Positions 45,221-51,703 of a stretch of 51,703 nt of DNA are shown one piece after another (position 1 is the first letter of the stretch; each line of letters starts with the position of its first letter). This DNA comes from Tannerellaceae bacterium (lineage in GTDB: Bacteria > Bacillota_I > Bacilli_A > Erysipelotrichales > Erysipelotrichaceae). Below the pieces are notes generated by a model. It worked only from the letters and a program-made list of their open reading frames with translations. It ran no database searches and was not told the origin of the DNA. The DNA is taken from contig CAVCTP010000001.1 of the NCBI GenBank assembly GCA_963605145.1, positions 1 through 51,703 on the forward strand, in the 5' to 3' direction. The translations under genes and the position numbers were made by a program.

Positions 45221-47119
45221 CTACCAAATAACAACACGTTTATTTGGCGCAATATACATCTTATCATTCTTTGTTACATTGAATGTTTTATACCACTCAT
45301 TGAAGTTTCTTACTGGCATATTAGTTCTTAAGATATGAGGTCCATGAACATCTACTTTTAATAAGACTGCTAGATATTCCTGTTTTGCTTTCATACACCA
45401 AACTTTAGCCCAATTGATGAAATATTCTTCATAATTAGCATCCTTCATATTATTTAAGATGTTTAAAGAAACAGCCATACCACCATTATCGGCAATATTT
45501 TCGGAAACAATTAACTTTGCATTTACTTCACCCCAAGGTAATGTAATTCCAGAGAATTGTTTAATCATCGCATTAGTTTTCTTCTTGAAGTTTTTAAAGT
45601 CTTCCTTAGTCCACCAATCATGTAGGTTACCAAATTCATCAAATTTAGCACCATTATTATCGAAAGCATGTGATATTTCATGCCCTATAACAGCACCAAT
45701 ACCACCTAGATTTTGACTACGGCTTTGTTTTATAGAATAAAATGGTGCTTGTAAGATTGCAGCTGGGAAAGTAATATCATTACTAAATGGGTTATAACAA
45801 GCATTAACCATATTACCAGGCATTGCCCATTCATTTCTATTTGTTTCCTTTAACAACTTTTCTAATTGATGAGTTTTAATCTTCTTACTTAATTCACATA
45901 CAATATCAAAATAAGAATCCTTTTCATCAAATGTTAATTTATTATAGAAAGCATCAGCCTTATCAGGATAAGCCATCTTAACAACCATCGTATCTAACTT
46001 CTTGATAGCCTTATTCTTTGTCTCTTTAGATAAAATATCATTCTTCTTGATACGTTTTTTATAAGTATCAATAACTTCATATACGATATCTTCAATATCT
46101 TTTTTAGCCTTAGCACCAAAGTATTTCTTACCATAATAGATACCAATTGGTTCACTATAAAATTGATTTGCGATATTGTAAGCATATTTATCAATATTAG
46201 ATATAGAAGCAATACCCATCAAAGTTCTGTGATATATAGAACCCTTCTCTCTTAAATCTTCACTTAAATAACTTGTTAAAGATAATAAAGTTTTAACATA
46301 AGCCCAATGTTTATATAATTTAAAATTATCTTCATTAAATAAAGTATTAAATCCTTTATAGAATCTAGGATCGGCAATAGATAATTTTTCAATATCAACC
46401 TTATATAAGGATTTAAGTAATGAATTTAAATCTAAGGGATATAAATATTTGGCAGCCTTTTTAACTGAATAAATATTATATAACTTTGTATATTCACTTA
46501 ATTCTTGTGATGATTTAACTAAGGTTGCGATTATCGCATCAAACTTTAATGTATCATCAATATATTCATTTATCTCTTCTTCGCTTAATTCACTTTCCTT
46601 TAATATATCCTTAGCCATATTAGAATAAACATCTAATAAAGCCTTAGCTTGATCTTTCATTTCATCTTTATAGTAAGTAGTATCAGGTAAGATAGTTGAA
46701 GGACCACTTAAATAAATTAATGAATGATTGGTATCTTTCATATCAGTATCAATATCAAATACAAAAGGAAGAGCTAATCCTTTTAAGATAAATTCCTTCA
46801 TATTGTTATTTAAATCATCAATACTATTTAAATCTAATATAGGTTTAATATAATCTAATGCTGGCTTAATTCCTGCCTTATTTCTTTTTTTGATATTGGA
46901 AGCTGCTTTATATAAGATACATGCCTTTTTTATATTGGCATTAGGATACTTATCATCTTTAATCATCTTTTTAATATCATTAATAAGTATCTTTTTAACT
47001 TCTTCATCTAAGTTGGCAAAACCACCAGTAGTTGGCCTATCACTTGGTATAACTGCCTTATCTAACCATTCTTGATTGACATAATGATATAAATCATCTT
47101 GTATTCTTAAATCTTGCAT
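45221..47119 (-). CDS. pepO: M13-family zinc metallopeptidase (PepO/neprilysin-like)
   Basis: HEISHAFD (HExxH), ENIADNGG, and a C-terminal VVIW. SD GAAGGAGA. Confidence 0.9.
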   Translation of the reverse strand: MQDLRIQDDLYHYVNQEWLDKAVIPSDRPTTGGFANLDEEVKKILINDIKKMIKDDKYPNANIKKACILYKAASNIKKRNKAGIKPALDYIKPILDLNSIDDLNNNMKEFILKGLALPFVFDIDTDMKDTNHSLIYLSGPSTILPDTTYYKDEMKDQAKALLDVYSNMAKDILKESELSEEEINEYIDDTLKFDAIIATLVKSSQELSEYTKLYNIYSVKKAAKYLYPLDLNSLLKSLYKVDIEKLSIADPRFYKGFNTLFNEDNFKLYKHWAYVKTLLSLTSYLSEDLREKGSIYHRTLMGIASISNIDKYAYNIANQFYSEPIGIYYGKKYFGAKAKKDIEDIVYEVIDTYKKRIKKNDILSKETKNKAIKKLDTMVVKMAYPDKADAFYNKLTFDEKDSYFDIVCELSKKIKTHQLEKLLKETNRNEWAMPGNMVNACYNPFSNDITFPAAILQAPFYSIKQSRSQNLGGIGAVIGHEISHAFDNNGAKFDEFGNLHDWWTKEDFKNFKKKTNAMIKQFSGITLPWGEVNAKLIVSENIADNGGMAVSLNILNNMKDANYEEYFINWAKVWCMKAKQEYLAVLLKVDVHGPHILRTNMPVRNFNEWYKTFNVTKNDKMYIAPNKRVVIW

Positions 47120-47131
47120 ATTTCTCCTTCA

Positions 47132-47689
47132 TTAACCATTAAACTTTGACATTACTTCATCAAAATTATGATCAAAACTATATATTAAAGCATCAGCTGC
47201 CTTATCTATTACCTTTTCAACTACCTCATATTCTTCTTTAGAAAACTTGCCTAAAACATAATCTTTTGTATCCATTTGTTTATTATTAGATATACCAACT
47301 CTAATTCTATTGATATTATTTGTACCTAATAAATCGATAATATTGCCCATTCCCTTTTGGCCACCAGAAGATCCTTTTTGTCTTAATCTTAATTTACCAA
47401 GTGGTAAATCTAAATCATCATGAACAACTACTAAATCTTGTGCATTGATATCATAAAACTTCATCAAAGACTTCACAGATTCCCCTGAAAGGTTCATAAA
47501 TGTCTGTGGTTCTGCGATTATAATCTTTTCACCCTGATAGTTATATATACCATATATCGCCTTACATTTGCTTTTATTTAGCTCACAATTTAATTTCTTA
47601 ACTAAATTATTAATAGTCAAAAAACCCGCATTATGACGAGTTTTTTCATATTCTTTACCAGGATTACCTAAACCTACTATTAGTTTCAT
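47132..47689 (-). CDS. pth: Peptidyl-tRNA hydrolase
   Basis: MKLIVGLGNPGKEYEKTRHNAGF ... VVHDDLDLPLGKLRLR. Confidence 0.96.
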   Translation of the reverse strand: MKLIVGLGNPGKEYEKTRHNAGFLTINNLVKKLNCELNKSKCKAIYGIYNYQGEKIIIAEPQTFMNLSGESVKSLMKFYDINAQDLVVVHDDLDLPLGKLRLRQKGSSGGQKGMGNIIDLLGTNNINRIRVGISNNKQMDTKDYVLGKFSKEEYEVVEKVIDKAADALIYSFDHNFDEVMSKFNG

Positions 47690-48498
47690 TATTTATTTTC
47701 TTCGTTATTTTCTTCTTTAACTTCTTCTACTTTTTCTTCAGTAATTTCTTCAACTGGTTCTTCACTTACTTCTTCAACATGATATTTATCATATATACCT
47801 AAATTTCTAGTATATTCCTTACCAATTAAAGTCTTAACAAAATCCTTAATATCATCAATAAAGAATTCATCAAATGGTTCATTTAAATAAGCTAAAGTTG
47901 ATATAGCGATTCTTTTAAATAAACCAATCATATTCTTATCATAAACATATTCCGTATATGAACCATCTAAGAAACTATTAAATAAAGCTACACCTTTATC
48001 TTCTTTATTCAATAATGCATTATTTAAAGCAACTATTTCTTTTACTTCAAGATGATCTTCTAATCCTTTAACTTCTAATACTTTATTAGTTAAAGATTCG
48101 ATTAATTCATCCTTTTTCATTTGATGTGCTTTAGATAAAACAAGCATTATAAATAAGAATGAATCTGAATTAAAATTAATTAAATCTTTTTTTAGATTAC
48201 CATTCTTATCGTAGAAAATATCTTTAACATTTAATTCATTTAAGGTTGTACTATAATCTAAATCACTAATTAATTCTTGATATAGTTTTAAGATTCTAGC
48301 CTTATTCTTAAATTCATTAGAATTTTCATTTTCAATATAATTATTAATACGCTCTAAAGCATTTTCATTATTCTTTAATAAGTCCTTATAACATTCAATA
48401 TATTCCTTATTATGTTTATATCTTCTAAATAAAACAAAATTCTTAATCACTGATGATACTAATAATACGGTAATTATGATATATAATACTGTTCCCAT
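47689..48498 (-). CDS. Hypothetical membrane-anchored protein with an acidic EEV-rich tail
   Basis: The true start is the ATG at 48498 after SD GGAGG; the track's TTG is part of that SD. One N-terminal TM. Tail EEVSEEPVEEITEEKVEEVKEE. TAATG-coupled to pth. Confidence 0.55.
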   Translation of the reverse strand: MGTVLYIIITVLLVSSVIKNFVLFRRYKHNKEYIECYKDLLKNNENALERINNYIENENSNEFKNKARILKLYQELISDLDYSTTLNELNVKDIFYDKNGNLKKDLINFNSDSFLFIMLVLSKAHQMKKDELIESLTNKVLEVKGLEDHLEVKEIVALNNALLNKEDKGVALFNSFLDGSYTEYVYDKNMIGLFKRIAISTLAYLNEPFDEFFIDDIKDFVKTLIGKEYTRNLGIYDKYHVEEVSEEPVEEITEEKVEEVKEENNEENK

Positions 48499-48520
48499 AA
48501 ATAAATCCTCCAATTAGATA

Positions 48521-49282
48521 TTATATCTTATCAAATAATTTATGATAATTTTCGCTTATTTGCTTCTTAAATACTTCTTCATCTATATTTAATTCTTCAC
48601 ATATCTTTTTACCCGTATAGACAACATAAGAAGGTTCATTTCTTTTACCTCTATTAGGAGCTGGCGTAAGATATGGACAATCCGTTTCAATTAATAATTT
48701 ATCAAGTGGTACTGCCTTAATAACTTCTAATACTTGTCTCGCATTTTTCCAAGTAATAGTGCCACTTATAGAAATATAATATCCTAGTTTAATAAATTCC
48801 TTTGCCATCTCGCTACTACCGGAATAACAATGTAATACACCTCTACATTTATTTTCTTTCATAATGTCGAATGTATCTTGTATAGCGTCTCTAGCATGTA
48901 CAATAATTGGTTTATTTATTCTTATTGCGATATCAATTTGTCTTTTAAATATTTCAATTTGTTTATCTTTATTTTCCTTATTCCAATGATAATCTAAACC
49001 TATTTCCCCAATAGCATCACATCTATCATCTTCAAATAATTTCGCAAATTCACAAAACAAATTATCATCTACATCGTCAACATCACCTGGATAAATACCT
49101 AAACTATGTTTAAAATCAATTCCATCCTTTTTAATATCTAAACCATAATAAAAGTCTTTGATATAACTAGAAATAATCATTGCTTGTTTAACATCACTTA
49201 CAAGCATATTATTTAAAACATCATCTAAATCATCCTTAAATGCTTCATCATTTATATGACAATGTGAATCAGTCCAATACAT
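48521..49282 (-). CDS. tatD: TatD-family metal-dependent hydrolase/DNase (YabD-like)
   Basis: WTDSHCHIND, GEIGLDYHW, VHARDA, LHCYSGS, ETDCPYL. Confidence 0.92.
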   Translation of the reverse strand: MYWTDSHCHINDEAFKDDLDDVLNNMLVSDVKQAMIISSYIKDFYYGLDIKKDGIDFKHSLGIYPGDVDDVDDNLFCEFAKLFEDDRCDAIGEIGLDYHWNKENKDKQIEIFKRQIDIAIRINKPIIVHARDAIQDTFDIMKENKCRGVLHCYSGSSEMAKEFIKLGYYISISGTITWKNARQVLEVIKAVPLDKLLIETDCPYLTPAPNRGKRNEPSYVVYTGKKICEELNIDEEVFKKQISENYHKLFDKI

Positions 49283-50592
49283 TATTTACCTAAACAGAAG
49301 TTTCTAAACATATGGTCGATTAGATCTTCTTGATATTCCTTTCCTAATATTTCACATAGATAATGATAACTTTCCATTAAATCCGTAAATACCATATCTA
49401 TGCCATCGATATCAATGTTGTTATACATTTGCTTTAATTCATTTAAACATTTCTCCATAGAAGCAATTTGTCTTTCATTATTTAAGATATCTTCATTAAC
49501 TAAACTAATATCATCCTTATATTTATCATTAAGATAATCAACTAATTGCTTAATATCATTATTCTTAGCACTAATATTGATACCATCTTTTTTATTTAAA
49601 TCAGACTTATTATAAACAATGATATGTTCATATCCCTTAACCATATCAATTAAACTTTCATCCTCTTCATCAATATTAGAACTGTCTAACACCAATATAA
49701 CTAAATCCGCATTATTCAAAGCTTTCTTAGATTTCTCAATACCAATTCTTTCAATCTTATCACTAGATTCTCTAATACCTGCTGTATCAATTAAATTTAA
49801 AGTAATATTCTTTAAATTAACCTTACCTTCAACTAAATCCCTAGTAGTACCGGCAATATCGGTAACAATAGCCTTATCTTCTTCTAATAAAGCATTTAAT
49901 AAACTAGATTTGCCAACATTAGGTTTACCTATAATAACCGTATTTAAACCATCCTTAACAACTCTAAAACGCTTAGCCTTATCAACCATATCACTACATT
50001 CATTTATCCACTTATTTAAATATGGTTTAATAACATCATTACTCATCTGCTTTTCATCTTCATATTCGGGATAATCAATATTAACTTCAATCATTGATAT
50101 AACATCCTTCATCTCATCCATTAAAGGTGTTAATAATCTTTCAATTGAACCATTGATTCCTCTAATAGCTGATTTAGCTTGTATTGAATTATTAGCCTTA
50201 ATTAAATCATTTATGGAATCCGCTTCTGATAAATCAATTCGACCATTTAAATAAGCCCTCTTAGTAAATTCGCCAGGCTCAGCTAAACGACAACCATTTT
50301 CTAATAATAGATTTAATATCGTCCTAGTTACATAAACTCCACCATGGCAATTTATTTCTACCATATCTTCTTCCGTATAAGATTTACCCTTAACAAAAAA
50401 AGATACTAATACTTCATCAAGTATTTCATTGTCCTTATAAATATGACCATAAACAATGGTGTTGCCATTACATTTTTTAATGTCAGATATCTTCTTGATA
50501 ATCTCAAAACTATCATCTCCTGACATTCTAACAATTGATATAGCACCATCTTTTAAAGCCGTAGAAATCGCACAAATTGTATCAGATAACAT
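49282..50592 (-). CDS. mnmE: tRNA modification GTPase MnmE
   Basis: DTICAISTA, GKPNVGKSSLLN, DTAGIR, and a C-terminal FCLGK. Confidence 0.95.
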   Translation of the reverse strand: MLSDTICAISTALKDGAISIVRMSGDDSFEIIKKISDIKKCNGNTIVYGHIYKDNEILDEVLVSFFVKGKSYTEEDMVEINCHGGVYVTRTILNLLLENGCRLAEPGEFTKRAYLNGRIDLSEADSINDLIKANNSIQAKSAIRGINGSIERLLTPLMDEMKDVISMIEVNIDYPEYEDEKQMSNDVIKPYLNKWINECSDMVDKAKRFRVVKDGLNTVIIGKPNVGKSSLLNALLEEDKAIVTDIAGTTRDLVEGKVNLKNITLNLIDTAGIRESSDKIERIGIEKSKKALNNADLVILVLDSSNIDEEDESLIDMVKGYEHIIVYNKSDLNKKDGINISAKNNDIKQLVDYLNDKYKDDISLVNEDILNNERQIASMEKCLNELKQMYNNIDIDGIDMVFTDLMESYHYLCEILGKEYQEDLIDHMFRNFCLGK

Positions 50593-50682
50593 AACTTAAT
50601 TTTAAACTCATCGTTTGTATTAGTAAATTCAATATAATAAAATAAATTTGAGTAAATACAACTATTTAATAGGAGGAAAACA

Positions 50683-51078
50683 ATGGGTAAATATGTAATT
50701 ACTAAGTCCCCAAAGGGCAAATTTCATTTTAATTTGGAAGCAAAGAATGGTGAAGTTATCTTAAGTTCGCAAATGTATGCCAGCAAAGCTAGTGCTGTTA
50801 AAGGACTAGAATCAGTAGGCAAAAATGCACCTGAAGCACCAATTGAAGATCAAACTGCCAAAGAAGTAAAAACTCTAGCAGCACCTAAATTTGAAATTTA
50901 TACTGGAAAAGACAAAAACTTCTATTTCAGATTAATTGCCGCTAATGGTAAACCAATCGGTTCTTCTGAAGGATATAGCACATTAGTTGCTTGTAAGAAT
51001 GGCATTAAATCAGTTAAGAAAAATGCTTTATCAGAAGTAGAAAAAGAAGATAAAGGCTGCAAGGCTTGTAAGAAATAA
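50683..51078 (+). CDS. YegP-family (DUF1508) protein with two tandem repeats
   Basis: Two repeats: KGKFHFNLEAKNGEVILSSQMYASKASAVKGLESV and DKNFYFRLIAANGKPIGSSEGYSTLVACKNGIKSV. Tail GCKACKK. SD AGGAGG. Confidence 0.8.
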   Translation: MGKYVITKSPKGKFHFNLEAKNGEVILSSQMYASKASAVKGLESVGKNAPEAPIEDQTAKEVKTLAAPKFEIYTGKDKNFYFRLIAANGKPIGSSEGYSTLVACKNGIKSVKKNALSEVEKEDKGCKACKK

Positions 51079-51085
51079 TTTAACG

Positions 51086-51108
51086 AGGTATCGAAAGATA
51101 CCTTTTTA
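51086..51108 (+). terminator. Intrinsic terminator after the yegP-like gene
   Basis: AGGTATC-gaaa-GATACCT followed by TTTTT. Confidence 0.85.
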
Positions 51109-51148
51109 ATTGATAAGTAAGTGCTAGAAAATAGAAAATTATGTGATT

Positions 51149-51178
51149 TTAACTCTATATCTAATTTTTAGGTATAAT
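51149..51178 (+). promoter_or_regulatory. Sigma-A-type promoter for the terminal ORF
   Basis: TTAACT (51149-51154), 18 nt spacer, TATAAT (51173-51178). Confidence 0.5.
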
Positions 51179-51205
51179 TTAATTAAAGAAAGAGAGGTAC
51201 TATGA

Positions 51206-51703
51206 ATGGATAAAATTCAAGAGACTATAAACGAAATGAAAGCTTGTGTTGAGGAACTGGAAAAGGCTTGCAAAGAAAAAACCGCTAATCTAGATGATGA
51301 AACAAAAGCAAAAGCAAGTGCTATTGTTGAAAGGACTAAGGAAGCAATTAATACATCAATCGAAAAAGTAAGTTCAGTTATTGATGATGTTAGAGATGAT
51401 GAAAAATTAAATGAATTCTTAGACAAAGTTAAAGCTAAATCAATGGAAGCAGTTGAATATACAAAATCTAAAGTTGATGCTTTAACAAATCAAGAATCAA
51501 AGAAATCTCTAGATGACATACATGATGAAATCATGTCTGAATTCGATAAAATCAAAGATACTGACACAGTTAAGAAAACAGCAGAAGTATTAAAAGATAT
51601 CGAATCAAAGATTAATGAATTCTTCGAAAAACCAGAAGTAGTAAGTGCAATCAACAAAGCTAAAACAACTACTGTAAATATCGCAGAAAAAGGTGTTGAT
51701 GGT
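51206..51703 (+). CDS. Hypothetical all-helical, Lys/Glu-rich protein (N-terminal part; continues beyond the window)
   Basis: My own translation: MDKIQETINEMKACVEELEKACKEKTANLDDETKAKASAIVERTKEAINTSIEKVSS... It stays open for 166 codons to the window end. SD AGAGAGG. It is not in the track because it has no stop. The listed minus-strand ORF 51217-51426 is its shadow. Confidence 0.6.
   Translation, partial: MDKIQETINEMKACVEELEKACKEKTANLDDETKAKASAIVERTKEAINTSIEKVSSVIDDVRDDEKLNEFLDKVKAKSMEAVEYTKSKVDALTNQESKKSLDDIHDEIMSEFDKIKDTDTVKKTAEVLKDIESKINEFFEKPEVVSAINKAKTTTVNIAEKGVDG

Noticed and set aside
45994-46212. A same-strand 72-aa ORF in an alternative frame inside pepO.
   Set aside because: It lies wholly inside the M13 peptidase reading frame, has no SD and gives an unremarkable basic, low-complexity translation. 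It is most likely a chance ORF.
5535-50074. Many 60-150-aa ORFs in the track lie antisense to long, well-supported genes: 5535-5720, 6856-7068, 7592-7852, 8218-8511, 10200-10634, 11298-11483, 13816-14115, 15813-16103, 16559-16822, 19642-19914, 21384-21665, 31058-31339, 31394-31588, 32053-32241, 35192-35467, 35836-36042, 37377-37628, 43173-43469, 45459-45716, 46890-47075 and 49619-50074.
   Set aside because: Each is fully or mostly embedded in the opposite strand of a gene with clear family motifs. They have low-complexity, Ser/Ile/Leu/Phe-rich translations typical of shadow frames in AT-rich DNA, and no SD. I treat them as non-coding.
51217-51426. The minus-strand 69-aa ORF listed in the track.
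   Set aside because: It is a Ser-rich shadow of the plus-strand open-ended ORF that starts at 51206. That ORF has a promoter and an SD, and stays open to the end of the window.
1-51703. A search for CRISPR arrays, IS elements or transposases, integrases, phage structural genes, restriction-modification systems and other recognisable defence systems.
   Set aside because: No regularly spaced direct repeats, terminal inverted repeats or corresponding protein motifs were seen. Apart from the TA candidate, the window looks like conserved chromosomal backbone.

Overview
This window is very AT-rich (about 70% A+T by eye). It uses the standard bacterial code: TGA acts as a stop at 572, 6205, 11461, 16752, 29651 and 38516. 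It reads as chromosomal core DNA from a low-GC Bacillota organism, possibly Erysipelotrichia-like, though that guess is weak. About 50 genes are packed tightly, almost all on the minus strand, and many overlap by ATGA or TAATG, which suggests translational coupling.

Housekeeping genes I recognise:
- Competence, ribosomal proteins and tRNA charging: comFA/comFC, rplM-rpsI, and leuS behind a T-box leader.
- Division and envelope: ftsE-ftsX with an M23 peptidase and an S41 protease, and a divIC-like gene.
- RNA modification and translation factors: a U32 pair (TrhP1/TrhP2-like), two SpoU methyltransferases, typA, rsmI, pth and mnmE.
- DNA-related and other genes: hup, ricT(yaaT)-holB-tmk, mfd, pepO, tatD, and two tRNA-Leu genes.

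I saw no CRISPR array, IS element, integrase or prophage genes.

The most interesting content is a terminator-free run of about 9 kb on the minus strand (28.2 kb down to 19.06 kb):
- It opens with an MqsR-like toxin. Its partner antitoxin looks like a full MqsA (zinc ribbon plus HTH) fused to a Panacea/DUF4065 domain.
- It continues through ftsEX, the M23 peptidase and the S41 protease.
- It ends in a sigma-less partner-switching module: STAS, a membrane GGDEF cyclase, an RsbW-like kinase, and a STAS fused to an APH/protein-kinase-like domain.

Other items worth a look:
- An ECF sigma operon in which a lipoprotein and the anti-sigma factor carry paralogous extracytoplasmic domains.
- A lipoprotein gene wedged between tRNA-Leu(CAG) and tRNA-Leu(GAG).
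- An apparently leaderless XRE repressor with a 9-2-9 palindrome inside its own promoter.
- A Fic-like protein with a degenerate active-site motif.

All family assignments come from motif recognition by eye and need HMM or structure confirmation.
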